A stretch of 64,000 bases of DNA, taken from Phycisphaeraceae bacterium. GTDB taxonomy: Bacteria; Planctomycetota; Phycisphaerae; Phycisphaerales; Phycisphaeraceae. Both the position numbers and the translations under genes were made by a program. Below the pieces are notes generated by a model. That model did no database searches. It was not told the DNA's origin and worked only from the letters and a program-made list of their open reading frames with translations. The stretch lies in NCBI GenBank assembly GCA_963674705.1, contig OY771506.1, forward strand, positions 2,848,001 through 2,912,000. The letters run 5' to 3'. Position 1 is the stretch's first letter. Every line of letters starts with the position of its first letter. This document shows, piece after piece, positions 19,109 to 29,550 of the stretch.

Positions 19109-21091
19109 TCAATCTTCGTCCACCCGCCGGGTCCATTCTTCTTCCAACGGCGTCAGTTCCGCTTGAACCTTCTCGCGTTCATCCTGTAATGCGCTGAACC
19201 GCTTGTGATCCTTGTACACCTCCGGATCAGCCAGCACCTCGTCCAGTTCCGCGAGTTTCGCTTCCGCCTGCTCGATCGCCGACTCCAGCTTCGATTGACT
19301 CATGTGCGAAAAGCGCGACTTCCTGCGTTTGGGCTTCTCACCTTTGGGCTTCTTCTGCTCAGCTGCTTGCGGCTTAGCGCTCTTCGCTTTGTCGGCTTTC
19401 TTCTTAACCTGCTCCGTATCATCCTTGACAACCGCGACCGCGTCCTGCGTTTGCAGGTATTCGCTGTACGTCCCGAGGAAGTGCTTGACGTTGCCCATAC
19501 CGTCAAAGATCAAAAGTTGATCCGCGAGGTTGTCCAGAAGCATGCGGTCGTGGCTGATGATCAGCAGCGTCCCTTCGGGGTTGCGGTTCTGGCCGTACCC
19601 CGAGGCTGGGGCGCAGAACTGACGCAGCGCTTCTTCGAGCCGTTCACTGCTTGGGATATCCAGGTGGTTGGTCGGCTCGTCCAGTACCAGCAGGTTATGA
19701 CCGCCGGCCACCAACCCCGCTAATACAGCCCGGCTGCGCTCGCCGCCCGACATGACCCCCAACTGCTTATCCTGATCCAATCCTGAAAACAGGAACGCCC
19801 CCGCAAGATCGCGCGACTCCTGTTCGAGCTGATTCGGCGTGAATGGACGCAGGTACTCAATCACCGTGCGCGACATGTCCAGGTGTTCGTGCGTTTGTTT
19901 GTAATGGCCGATGCTGACCTGTGAGCCGATCTTCGTTTCACCCTTGGTCGGCTGCTGTTCACCGAGCATGCAACGCGCTACCGTGCTCTTACCCGAGCCA
20001 TTGGGCCCGATGATGCCGATCGTGTCGCCGCGCTTGATCGTGATAGACAGATGATCAAATAGTTTGCGCGTCTCGTATTCCATGCCGAGTTCGTGCGTGA
20101 TGATGACGTTGTCGCTCGAGCGAGGTCCGGACTTGAACGTAAGCTTCATCGTCTCAAGTTCGATCGGCTTCTCCATCGCCTCATCGCGCTTGAAGCGCTC
20201 CAGGCGTTTTTCCCGACCCTTTGCCTGCTTGGCACGCTGACCCGCTTTGTATCGCGCGATAAACGCCTGTTCCTGTTTGATCGCGGTCTGCTGCTTGTCG
20301 AACGCACGCTGCATCGCAAGGTGGCGCTCGGCACGGAGCTCGCGGTACTTCTGGTAATTCCCGGGGTACTCGACGAGTCGGCCGTCCTCCATCTCGTAGA
20401 TCTTCGTCACCACGCGGTCCAGCACCCACCTGTCGTGACTGACCAGCAGCACAGCCCCGCTGTATGTAGCAAGGAAATCCTCAAGCCATTGCCGGCCCGC
20501 AATATCCAGGTGGTTGGTCGGCTCGTCCAGAAGCAGCACATCCGGGTGTGACAGAAGCAGCTTCGCCAACGCAAGCCGGCCCTTCTGCCCGCCTGACAGG
20601 TCACGCACCTTGATCCCGAACATATCGTCGGTCAGCCCCAGACCGTGCAGGACCTGGTCGACCAGGTGGTCCGTCGCATATCCCCCGGCCGCGTGCATCT
20701 GCACCTCAAGCTGCTCGTATCGCTTCATCAGCCGGTCAAGCTCGTCCCCCGAAGCCTCCGCCATGTCGTGGCTGACCCGCTCGACCTCCTTGTGCAGCGC
20801 CTCCAGCTCCGCCATCGCCGTGCCGGCCTCTTCACGCAGCGTGTGGCTCGGGTCCAGGTCGTGGTCCTGCGTCAGGTATCCCACGCTCGCCCCCCGCGCG
20901 ACCTGCACCTGCCCGCTGTCGGGTTTGAGCCCGTACCGCCCAGCGATCAGCTTCAGCAGCGTACTCTTGCCGCAGCCGTTGCGCCCGACCATACCGACAT
21001 GCTGGCCCGCCTCGAGGGTGAGGTTGACCCCGTCGAGCACACGCCGATCACCGAAGCTCAGCACCAGATTGGCAACACCGACTAACGCCAT
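19109..21091 (-). CDS. ABC-F family ATP-binding protein (Uup/YheS-like)
   Basis: Two ABC domains (GRNGCGKS, GPNGSGKS, LSGGQ, LDEPTNHLD), no TM segments, C-terminal coiled coil. Confidence 0.93.
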   Translation of the reverse strand: MALVGVANLVLSFGDRRVLDGVNLTLEAGQHVGMVGRNGCGKSTLLKLIAGRYGLKPDSGQVQVARGASVGYLTQDHDLDPSHTLREEAGTAMAELEALHKEVERVSHDMAEASGDELDRLMKRYEQLEVQMHAAGGYATDHLVDQVLHGLGLTDDMFGIKVRDLSGGQKGRLALAKLLLSHPDVLLLDEPTNHLDIAGRQWLEDFLATYSGAVLLVSHDRWVLDRVVTKIYEMEDGRLVEYPGNYQKYRELRAERHLAMQRAFDKQQTAIKQEQAFIARYKAGQRAKQAKGREKRLERFKRDEAMEKPIELETMKLTFKSGPRSSDNVIITHELGMEYETRKLFDHLSITIKRGDTIGIIGPNGSGKSTVARCMLGEQQPTKGETKIGSQVSIGHYKQTHEHLDMSRTVIEYLRPFTPNQLEQESRDLAGAFLFSGLDQDKQLGVMSGGERSRAVLAGLVAGGHNLLVLDEPTNHLDIPSSERLEEALRQFCAPASGYGQNRNPEGTLLIISHDRMLLDNLADQLLIFDGMGNVKHFLGTYSEYLQTQDAVAVVKDDTEQVKKKADKAKSAKPQAAEQKKPKGEKPKRRKSRFSHMSQSKLESAIEQAEAKLAELDEVLADPEVYKDHKRFSALQDEREKVQAELTPLEEEWTRRVDED

Positions 21092-21176
21092 GAGCCGCGT
21101 AAGGTATCACGAAACCCCCGCAAATTCACCGCGCCGGTTCCTCTGCCCGCTTACTCGGCAGTGGGGGGCTTTCAGG

Positions 21177-22034
21177 TTATTGCCGGTGGGTGGTGTGTTT
21201 GGTGCGGTAATCCCGTGGACTCACACCCTTGACCGTAAGGAACACCCGGTTGAAGTTCGACAGGTTGTTGAACCCGCTGGCGAAGCAGATGTCGGTGATC
21301 GAGCGGTCGGATTCGATGAGTAGTCGGCAGGCGTGGCCGATGCGTAGTTCGTGGACGTATCGGCTGTAGGTCATGCCTACACGTTGGCGGAAGAACCGGC
21401 TGAACGCCGGGCCGCTCATGCCGATCAGGTCTGCGGCTTGCGATTGGGTGATCGGTTCGGTGACGTGGTCGTTGATAAAGCGGCAGACGCGATCGGTCCG
21501 GCTGTCGGCAGTGTGTCCGCTCGGATCGTACGCGGGGCTGGCGAGCGACTTCGTACCCCGGCTACGTGCGAGTTTTTCCAGTAGCGAGATCAGCGACAGT
21601 ACGCGCGGCATGCCGTGTTGTTTATTCATCTTTGAGAGCACTTCTGCCGCGTGCTTCTGCGCGCGGCCGGTGAAGCGCAGGCCTCGTCGGCTCTTGTCGA
21701 TCAATGAAAGGATGGCGCTGGCTTCGGGCGTATCTGCGAGCATCGCTTCAAGCCAGTCCGCACTGAACTGGATAACGATTGCCTTGTGTCGTTTAGCCGA
21801 GTTATCGTGGGATGCCCATGTGTGCGGCAGGTCGGGCCCGAGCAGGACCAGGTCGCCCGGTTCGTATTCATCGATGTTGTCGCCGACAAAGCGCTGTCCC
21901 GTGCCGGTTTCGATCAGCGTCAGTTCGCATTCCGGGTGTTGATGCCACTGGAATTCAAAGCCACGGCCGTTGCGCCGGCCAAGTCGGAACGAGGTTTCCA
22001 CATCGCGTTGCAGCTTCTCTCGGATGGGTAGCAT
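21177..22034 (-). CDS. AraC-family transcriptional regulator with cupin domain
   Basis: WHQHPECEL cupin motif; C-terminal SGFNNLSNFNRVF...SPRDYR HTH. Confidence 0.92.
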   Translation of the reverse strand: MLPIREKLQRDVETSFRLGRRNGRGFEFQWHQHPECELTLIETGTGQRFVGDNIDEYEPGDLVLLGPDLPHTWASHDNSAKRHKAIVIQFSADWLEAMLADTPEASAILSLIDKSRRGLRFTGRAQKHAAEVLSKMNKQHGMPRVLSLISLLEKLARSRGTKSLASPAYDPSGHTADSRTDRVCRFINDHVTEPITQSQAADLIGMSGPAFSRFFRQRVGMTYSRYVHELRIGHACRLLIESDRSITDICFASGFNNLSNFNRVFLTVKGVSPRDYRTKHTTHRQ

Positions 22035-22177
22035 GATGATATTATAATCAAGATCATTACGTATTTTACATATCAAGTTAAAATAATATCAAAATTGGTG
22101 TACTTTCAGGTAGTGTCAAGCTGTTTTGTGTCTAGGATAGGCGTTTTACCAGGCTAAGAGCCGGAATTGAGGACACC

Positions 22178-23008
22178 ATGACCACCGCAACACAACCCTA
22201 TGATCTTGCCAAGCCGTATCAACTGACCCCTGAGCATATCGAGCGCTTCCGCGAGGATGGTTTTATCAAGCTGAAGGACGTGTTCTTGGCTGAGGAGTTG
22301 GCGTACTACAGCGAAGAGATCACACGGATCGTCATGGATCTCAATCCACGCAAGGGGATCCCGATGGAGCAGCGCAATACCTACGCAAAGGCGTTCATCC
22401 AGGTTGGCAACCTTTGGACGAAGTCGCAGATCGTGAAGCAGTTTTCATTCAGCGAACGGCTTGCACGCATCGCCACCGAACTACTCGGCACCGACGGCGT
22501 ACGGATGTGGCACGACCAGGCGCTCTACAAAGAGCCTAGCGGCGGGTTCACGCCCTGGCATGTCGACCAGCAGTACTGGCCGATGGCGAGCGACAAATCC
22601 GTCACTGCATGGATCCCCTTGCAGGCCACACCGATCGAGATGGGCCCGTTGTCTTTCGCTGCAGGGAGCCACAAGAAAGACATCGCGCACGACATGGCGA
22701 TCAGCGACGACAGCGAAAAAGCGATCCAGGATGCTGTCGATGGTGAGAAGTTGGAAGTCGTCTATGAGCCTTACGATCTTGGCGAAGTGAGTTTCCACTA
22801 CGGCTGGACGCTGCACCGTGCCGGCCCGAACACGACCGACAAGCCGCGAGCGGTACACACCGTGATCTACATGGACCGCGACATGAAGCTCGCTGAGCCC
22901 GCCAACGATTATCAGCGCAAGGACTGGGAAGTCTGGACACCCTCCACCAAGGTCGGCCAGGTCATGAACGATGAACTGAACCCGATCCTGTATGACCGAA
23001 CGCGCTGA
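22178..23008 (+). CDS. Phytanoyl-CoA dioxygenase (PhyH) family Fe(II)/2OG oxygenase
   Basis: TPWHVD (HxD), WIPL, LHRAGPN..DKPR motifs; divergent from the AraC gene. Confidence 0.9.
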   Translation: MTTATQPYDLAKPYQLTPEHIERFREDGFIKLKDVFLAEELAYYSEEITRIVMDLNPRKGIPMEQRNTYAKAFIQVGNLWTKSQIVKQFSFSERLARIATELLGTDGVRMWHDQALYKEPSGGFTPWHVDQQYWPMASDKSVTAWIPLQATPIEMGPLSFAAGSHKKDIAHDMAISDDSEKAIQDAVDGEKLEVVYEPYDLGEVSFHYGWTLHRAGPNTTDKPRAVHTVIYMDRDMKLAEPANDYQRKDWEVWTPSTKVGQVMNDELNPILYDRTR

Positions 23009-23035
23009 ATGATCGCGAGTATCCACCGCGAATCC

Positions 23036-23089
23036 CGTTTAGCCGGGCTGTTTACAGCCCGTATCCGCAGCAAGCTGCGGAGCTAAACG
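23036..23089. repeat. REP-like compound palindrome
   Basis: Outer arms cgtttagc/gctaaacg enclose two hairpins, cgggctg-ttta-cagcccg and tccgcagc-aa-gctgcgga. Confidence 0.7.
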
Positions 23090-23130
23090 CGTGTGTTGTT
23101 TTTGGGGCGTGAGACTGTGTTGAGCAGCAC

Positions 23131-23748
23131 TTATAGATCGCCGATCCGTGTGATCACCATCGGCTTGCTCATGTCGAAGAACTCATGAAGGTTGTCTTCT
23201 GTGAACAGGGCATCAAGTGCTGCCTTATCGCTTTCGATTTCGAGCGTGTTGCCGTTTTCTTCAAGCTCGCCCTTGATTTCGCCGGCCTCCAACGCCTCTT
23301 TGAACCTGTCGAACTTCGGGCCGGCCAGCACGAACACATCATTGTCGCTGCGTATGATCAGGCCGCAGATGAGCCATTCCTGTTCGTCGGTATCAGCGTC
23401 GTCGTCTTTGCCTTCGCCTTCATCGTCCCCATCATCGTCGGCGTGTTCATCATCATCGACGTTAACAGCAAACAGGAACCTGGCGTCGCCGTGTTTGGTG
23501 ATGAGCAATCGGATCTCATTAACCTCGAATTTATCATCTTTCCACTCCACGCCCGCCGCGACGAGCATGCCGTCCTCGATCTGTTTGACGTGGATGACGT
23601 CTTTTTCCATTTTCCAGACGCCTTGAAGCTCTTGTGCGTCCTGAGCCGCGATCGGCTCGCCGATGTATTGTTCGGTTATGATGGACTTACAGCCGGGCAA
23701 AAGACAAATCAGTAAAGCGGCCAGAAGCAGGGGGGTAAACCGAGACAT
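23131..23748 (-). CDS. Hypothetical lipoprotein
   Basis: RBS aaggag; lipobox LLPGC; internal acidic low-complexity segment. Confidence 0.75.
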   Translation of the reverse strand: MSRFTPLLLAALLICLLPGCKSIITEQYIGEPIAAQDAQELQGVWKMEKDVIHVKQIEDGMLVAAGVEWKDDKFEVNEIRLLITKHGDARFLFAVNVDDDEHADDDGDDEGEGKDDDADTDEQEWLICGLIIRSDNDVFVLAGPKFDRFKEALEAGEIKGELEENGNTLEIESDKAALDALFTEDNLHEFFDMSKPMVITRIGDL

Positions 23749-23823
23749 GGACCGACTCCTTTGTAGATGATGCTGAAGTTGTTATGAACCAGTCATGCGG
23801 TGCGGTGTTTGGGTGTGTCTTGA

Positions 23824-25032
23824 TCAAGCGACGACCGCGACACGCTCGATCAGGCTGTCTTTGATAAGTTCTGTTTTACCACCGTCGCGCGTGATGTGCC
23901 AGACCTTGACGCCGTTGGTGTAGACAACCGCCCCGTCCGGTGCAAGATCGTAATGCCCGACGTTGGTCGCAAGTACTTTTTCATCACCCTGTTTAGTTCG
24001 ACGGACAAGTTCCCATGTGTCCGGCACAACAGCGGGTGCGTTCTTGTTTTTTCGCTTGTTTTCCTTTTGAGCCTCGATCACCCGGCCGTAAAGGATCAGT
24101 TGCCGTGTGTTTTGTTTCTCCACCTTTGGCCCGCCAGCAGCGGTCAGAGGTTTTTTGCTGAAAAACAGGGAGAACATGTTCAGGAACCAGAATACAGCGA
24201 CCAGCAACCTGACGGGAAATAAAAGGATGTCCTTGATCAGTTCCAAAGGCCCGCGCGGCGTGTACATTGTTTGATAAGGTCGGCGGATGTAGTAAAGCGT
24301 TCCCTCTTGATCGATGCGCGGCAGCAGCAGGTCGTGTGTGTCCGATTCAACCAGCACCTCATGCTCATTGCGATCGAAGTCCAACCGCTCGATACGGAAC
24401 GTCGACAAACCGTAAATAAATCCGTGATGATCGCGACCGACGCCGGCCGACTGATAGACGATTGCGTTGTCCGCATCACCAACCCAGCTCGGTGCCTGGT
24501 CGACCGAATCACCTTCCGTGACTTCCGCCAGCCGTCCGCCGCCGGGCCGCATCGTGGCGAGGTTGGCCGTACCATCGGGGTAAGCGAGAGATGCGATCAA
24601 GCGTTCATCAGCCGGGTGCGCATCCAGTTCGCCGATACGGAAGTCGGTTCGATGCGCCAACCGACGCTCTTCATCGGATGAGATCGTGTACTCGAACAGC
24701 CCGCCGATCGTGTCGGTCTGCAGCGCGTAGAGCATCCGGTCTGCATCCAGCGAGACCGCGGTGATCATGTTGACCGCACGCTGGTTGGCTTGCAGCTGGT
24801 TCATCATCCCAAGCGAGACAAGTTCCGGCGGGGCGTGCGTCGCGTTCCACCCGAACGAGCCGGACTTCCACTCATTGCGTTGCCGACGGGACTCTGCCCG
24901 GTCGAGCAGGTCCTGCGCAAACGGGCTGGTTACCTCACGCTTCGAGCCGTCAGGCTGCAAGACGTAAAGCTTGCCCCCCGCGATGTAGGTGATGCGAACG
25001 CCGGATTGTGTCGTTTCAATGTGCCCCGACAT
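23824..25032 (-). CDS. Hypothetical protein, probable TolB-like beta-propeller
   Basis: 402-aa ORF; TEGDSVDQAPSW resembles a PD40-like repeat; one hydrophobic segment. Confidence 0.6.
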   Translation of the reverse strand: MSGHIETTQSGVRITYIAGGKLYVLQPDGSKREVTSPFAQDLLDRAESRRQRNEWKSGSFGWNATHAPPELVSLGMMNQLQANQRAVNMITAVSLDADRMLYALQTDTIGGLFEYTISSDEERRLAHRTDFRIGELDAHPADERLIASLAYPDGTANLATMRPGGGRLAEVTEGDSVDQAPSWVGDADNAIVYQSAGVGRDHHGFIYGLSTFRIERLDFDRNEHEVLVESDTHDLLLPRIDQEGTLYYIRRPYQTMYTPRGPLELIKDILLFPVRLLVAVFWFLNMFSLFFSKKPLTAAGGPKVEKQNTRQLILYGRVIEAQKENKRKNKNAPAVVPDTWELVRRTKQGDEKVLATNVGHYDLAPDGAVVYTNGVKVWHITRDGGKTELIKDSLIERVAVVA

Positions 25033-25041
25033 GCCAATAAT

Positions 25042-25818
25042 CTACTCGCTTGCGAGCAATTCGTCGAAGAACGACTTCATGTGCTGCCAGGACCGCTTGT
25101 CCGCCTTTGCGTTGTACGCAACCGGCGGCATGCCGTAGCTGTCGGCGTCTGGATTGGTAAAGGCGTGCTTGGCGTAGGCGTAGCGGATCAAAAGCCAGTC
25201 CACGCCCTTGGCATCCAATGCATCCGTTGTCGCATCCAGTGATTCATCCGATACCAGCGAGTCCGCATCGCCGTGGCAGATCATGATGCTCGCATTGACG
25301 TTGTCGCTCGCCATCGGCGGGGCGGGGTTGCCGTGGAACGCGACGACCGCCGCCAAGTCCGTCCCGGTATACGCCAATTCAAGCACCGTCGTGCCGCCGA
25401 AGCAATACCCGATCGCGCCGATCTTCAAACCGTCGGTCTGGCCCGTCTTCTTGAACGCATCCAGCCCCGCCATTGCTCGCGCCCGGTACTCGGCTTGGTC
25501 TTTTCGTACAGCACCGGCCCATTGCCCGGCCAGAGCGGGATCATCCGTCACCCTCTGCTTGCCGTACATATCCACCGCAAACGCAACGTAGCCCAACTCC
25601 GCCAGCATATCCGTACGCTTCTTCGCGTAGTCATTCAATCCCCACCATTCATGCACGACCAGCACCGCCCCGCGAGGTTCGCCTTCGGGGATAGCGAGAT
25701 AGCCTTCGAGTTCTGCGTTGTCGTGGGAGTAGGGGATTGATTCGTTAGCGATTTGAGCAAAGCACACATTGCACGTGCCCAGGACAACAAGAAGCAATAG
25801 GTGTGATAGCCGTCTCAT
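25042..25818 (-). CDS. Dienelactone hydrolase family protein (secreted)
   Basis: HEWWGLN, GYCFGG nucleophile, HGDAD and HAFTNP motifs. Confidence 0.92.
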   Translation of the reverse strand: MRRLSHLLLLVVLGTCNVCFAQIANESIPYSHDNAELEGYLAIPEGEPRGAVLVVHEWWGLNDYAKKRTDMLAELGYVAFAVDMYGKQRVTDDPALAGQWAGAVRKDQAEYRARAMAGLDAFKKTGQTDGLKIGAIGYCFGGTTVLELAYTGTDLAAVVAFHGNPAPPMASDNVNASIMICHGDADSLVSDESLDATTDALDAKGVDWLLIRYAYAKHAFTNPDADSYGMPPVAYNAKADKRSWQHMKSFFDELLASE

Positions 25819-25830
25819 AGTATAAGCCTT

Positions 25831-26361
25831 TCAATCCGCGCGTTTAATTTCAGTGCCGTGTAATAGTGAATACCGCCTGTGTTGTGATTCTTGATCACGT
25901 AATATCAGCGTGTCGTCTGTTACATCAACCAGATCCCACCCATAGTTTATTTCGGGCAAGGACCACAACACTTCACCATCTGTATTTAAACACAACGCGC
26001 CTGATTCATAAATTAGCAGCAGACGCGTGTCTTTTCGAACCAGATGTGTCCACATAAAGCCACGATCTCCATCGCGGCGATGTTCTAATTTGTGGCTTAT
26101 TCTGAATCCGGGGCGCTGGGCATCAAACAGAAATAGTTCGTCGCCAAACTCGCCCATGATAAATACACGGCCAATCTCTTCTAAGAGTTCGAAACGTAGA
26201 TCGAATTCAGATGCGAGCGGATGATCTGAATACGTGATAGCTTCATATTCTGCTGATATAAATACCAAGTCATGTTCACCACGCCTGAAGTCCAACACGC
26301 CATGCGGCGGAACTTCGATGTGCTTGCTGCCCAAGATTTGATTTTTCAGGTAATTGTCCAT
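25831..26361 (-). CDS. Hypothetical protein (lower GC)
   Basis: 176-aa ORF co-oriented with its neighbours; no recognisable family. Confidence 0.6.
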   Translation of the reverse strand: MDNYLKNQILGSKHIEVPPHGVLDFRRGEHDLVFISAEYEAITYSDHPLASEFDLRFELLEEIGRVFIMGEFGDELFLFDAQRPGFRISHKLEHRRDGDRGFMWTHLVRKDTRLLLIYESGALCLNTDGEVLWSLPEINYGWDLVDVTDDTLILRDQESQHRRYSLLHGTEIKRAD

Positions 26362-26453
26362 GACGGACGGCCATATAAAGAAGTAAAAGTTGTTTATCTT
26401 GCTCGCAATAATTCTATCAACTCAAAGTATTCAGGTTATTACATTAAGACAAC

Positions 26454-26483
26454 AAAAAGCCCGCGGCGGTAACCGCGAGCTTT
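26454..26483 (-). terminator. Rho-independent terminator of fusA
   Basis: aaaaagcccgcgg...ccgcgagcttt hairpin with a minus-strand T-run. Confidence 0.75.
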
Positions 26484-26517
26484 GTGAGTTTTATTATCAG
26501 GCGAACCTGTTGTCTGA

Positions 26518-28662
26518 TTACTTGCCGGCGCCTTCGAGGATTTCCTTGGCGATGTTGCCGGGGACGGGGCGGTAGGTCAGCGGTTCCATCGCGTAGCTGG
26601 CGCGGCCCTGGCTCATGCCGCGGAGGGTGTTGGAGTAGCCGAACATTTCCGACAGCGGGGCCTCAGCGGTGACCACGCGGGTGTTGCCGCGTTGCTCGGT
26701 CTCGCTGATGATCGCACGGCGGCGGTTCAGGTCGCCGGTGACGTTACCCAGGAACTCGTCCGGGGTGGTGATGACGACCTTCATGATCGGCTCGAGAAGT
26801 TCCAGGCCCGCCTTGCGGGTCGCTTCCTTGAACGCCAGTGTGCCGGCCTGCTCAAACGCGATCTGCGAGGAGTCGACGTCGTGGAACTTGCCGTCTACGA
26901 GTGTAACCTTCACGCCCAGCAGCGGGTAGCCGGCCAACACACCGCTCTTGGCGGTCTCGCGGCAACCAACGGCCACTGACGGGATGTATTCCTTGGGAAT
27001 CGCGCCACCGATGATCTTGTTCTCGAACGCGACGCCGTCCTTGTATTCCAGTTTCTGTTCTTCGGCCTGTTGCTGTGTGATGGGCTCGACGAGGATCGAA
27101 CAGTCGCCGAACTGACCACGGCCGCCGGTCTGTTTCTTGTGGATGCCGCGGCCTTCAGCCTGCTTGCTGATCGATTCCTTGTAGGCCACACGCGGGGTAC
27201 CGACGTTCACGCCGACCTTCATGTCGCGGATGAGCTTGGTCTTGATGATGTCCAGGTGAAGTTCACCCATGCCGGCGATGATGGTCTGGCCGGTTTCTTC
27301 ATCGTAGTGGCTCTGGAACGACGGGTCTTCGCGGCGGATGGTGACCAGCGCGTTGCCCAGTTTTTCCTTGTCGGCGGTGGTCGCCGGCTCGATGCTCATG
27401 GAGATAACCGGCTCGGGGAAGTCCATACGCTCCAGAACGATCGGGTCGTTTGTATCGCAGAGGGTTTCACCCGTCATCGAGTTCTTCAGGCCGACGATGG
27501 CGACGATCTCGCCAGCCCTGGCGGTTTCGCGGGCGATGCGGTCCTTGGCGTGCATCTCGAAGATACGGCTGATGATCTCACGCTTGCCGTTGTTTGAGTT
27601 CAGCACGCGGCTGCCTTTTTCGAGCACACCGGAGTAGACGCGGACGTAGGTCAGGTCGCCGTGGGCATCGTTAACGATTTTGAAGACGAGACCTGAGAAG
27701 GGGGCTTTCTCGTCGTGCGGACGGGTCAGCTTCTTCTCGGCGTCCTTGACATCGGTACCTTGCACTTCCGGCACTTCGGTCGGGTTCGGCAGGTATTCGA
27801 TCACGCCGTCGATCAGCCGCTGCACGCCGATGTTCTGAAGAGCCGAGCCGCAGTAGGTCGGGTGGATCTTGCGGGAAATCGTGCCCTTACGCAGAGCCCG
27901 GCGGATTTCATCCGGTGTCAGGTCGTCATCATTCAGGAACTTCTCGGTCAGGTCATCATCCAGCTCCGCGGCCCGTTCGACCAGGTCGTGGTGCCAGAGG
28001 GTGGCCATATCCTTGTAATCGTCGGGGATTTCTTTTTCTTCGACGACCGCGCCCAGCTCTTCCTTGGAGAAGTAGTAGGCTTTCATCGTCAGCAGATCGA
28101 TGACGCCTTCGAACTCGTTGCCCGCGCCGATGGGGATCTGCACGGCTACGGCCGGAGCGCCGAGGCGATCCTTGATCGTCTTGAAGCTGTATTCGAAGTC
28201 GGCGCCGAGCTTGTCCATCTTGTTGATGAAGCAGATGCGCGGGACGCGGTAGCGGTCGGCCTGACGCCAGACGGTTTCCGACTGAGCCTCGACGCCTTCC
28301 TTACCGTCGAAGACGACGACCGCGCCGTCGAGCACACGCATCGACCGTTCGACTTCCATGGTGAAGTCGACGTGGCCTGGGGTGTCGATCAGGTTGAGGA
28401 TGTAGTCCTGGCCGTGGTGTGTCCAGGGGCAGGTGGTTGCGGCGGACTGGATCGTGATGCCGCGCTGCTGCTCGTCTTCAAGGAAGTCCATCGTGGCGGT
28501 GCCTTCGTGGACTTCACCGATCTTGTAGCTCTTGCCCGTGTAGTACAGGATGCGCTCGGTGACGGTGGTTTTGCCGGCGTCGATGTGGGCGCAGATCCCG
28601 AAGTTACGGGTGATCGCCAGGCGGTCGGCCATGTTCTTCTTGCTAGCGGTCGCGGTCGTCAT
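26518..28662 (-). CDS. fusA: Elongation factor G
   Basis: [48 protein letters not shown] and FHDVDSS motifs. Confidence 0.97.
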   Translation of the reverse strand: MTTATASKKNMADRLAITRNFGICAHIDAGKTTVTERILYYTGKSYKIGEVHEGTATMDFLEDEQQRGITIQSAATTCPWTHHGQDYILNLIDTPGHVDFTMEVERSMRVLDGAVVVFDGKEGVEAQSETVWRQADRYRVPRICFINKMDKLGADFEYSFKTIKDRLGAPAVAVQIPIGAGNEFEGVIDLLTMKAYYFSKEELGAVVEEKEIPDDYKDMATLWHHDLVERAAELDDDLTEKFLNDDDLTPDEIRRALRKGTISRKIHPTYCGSALQNIGVQRLIDGVIEYLPNPTEVPEVQGTDVKDAEKKLTRPHDEKAPFSGLVFKIVNDAHGDLTYVRVYSGVLEKGSRVLNSNNGKREIISRIFEMHAKDRIARETARAGEIVAIVGLKNSMTGETLCDTNDPIVLERMDFPEPVISMSIEPATTADKEKLGNALVTIRREDPSFQSHYDEETGQTIIAGMGELHLDIIKTKLIRDMKVGVNVGTPRVAYKESISKQAEGRGIHKKQTGGRGQFGDCSILVEPITQQQAEEQKLEYKDGVAFENKIIGGAIPKEYIPSVAVGCRETAKSGVLAGYPLLGVKVTLVDGKFHDVDSSQIAFEQAGTLAFKEATRKAGLELLEPIMKVVITTPDEFLGNVTGDLNRRRAIISETEQRGNTRVVTAEAPLSEMFGYSNTLRGMSQGRASYAMEPLTYRPVPGNIAKEILEGAGK

Positions 28663-28886
28663 GGTAGTTACCTTCTATCGGTACGGTCTGTCAGGTCTTC
28701 ACCCCGCCTGGCCATGAAGCCGGGCGGCGTCAGACTTAGCCATCTGTTGGTTAAGGTTCAGGAACGTTGGGGTTGGCGGTTGTATCCCATGCGAATTATC
28801 GCCTTTCCCCGTCTCGGCACCCCTCATAGGCCCGCCTCGATGCCGGCAAAGACCCTTCGAAGAGTCTATAAGCTCGGAGTCGAGAA

Positions 28887-28914
28887 AGAATAGCGTCTAA
28901 ATACGTCCCGTCAA
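28887..28914 (-). promoter_or_regulatory. Putative sigma70 promoter of fusA
   Basis: Minus strand TTGACG-16 nt-TATTCT, about 225 nt upstream of the ATG. Confidence 0.45.
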
Positions 28915-29340
28915 GTACTTACTCGGCAAGAGCCGTGCCACTAATCCAAGGGGTGAACCCAATTTCTACAACAAGCCCACCCAAAAGGCCTGTTTTGGCC
29001 ATATTTAGACCAATAAACCTTTAATATATTTCTCACACATGCCCTGAACCTTACTGAACTACAGCAATCACTCACCAACTGTCGCGTTCCGTGGTCCGTT
29101 TCATCGCGTCGCCGTGCGAATAAGCAGATATCGTCGTTGCCGTGTGTGAGGTGATAGCTGTGAAGTGCGGCGCTCGATACGTTTGGGGCGAGGTCACACT
29201 GTCGTGGTGTGGCCGTGTCCGCCCCCTCCCTCTGTTTCGGGGCTGAATTTCCGCTATCTACTTGTCAAAGAACGGATTGCGAGATGTCCGCTTCCCGGGG
29301 TAGGACGTCCGGGCCTGCGTTTAATGTCCGTTGATGCATA

Positions 29341-29415
29341 AGGCGGACACCGGGCGGACACGGGGAGGACACAGGTCATACACCGGTCAACACAGGACGG
29401 ACACAGGCCGGGCAC
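29341..29415. repeat. Tandem array of seven degenerate 10-11 bp repeats (core GGACAC/ACAC)
   Basis: aggcggacac cgggcggacac ggggaggacac aggtcatacac cggtcaacac aggacggacac aggccgggcac. Confidence 0.75.
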
Positions 29416-29550
29416 CGCTGCGGCCATACGTGACGCGAACAAAAAAAAGCGTCGTCCCTTATAGGCTGCGACGACGGATTGATGCGCACAATGGGGGATG
29501 AGCGTGAAGTGAAGCACTGGCTATGTTCGGATTGGGAACGCTCTAAGAGA

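Noticed and set aside
29341..29415. Possible CRISPR array
   Set aside because: Units are only ~11 bp, adjacent with no unique spacers, and no cas genes are present.
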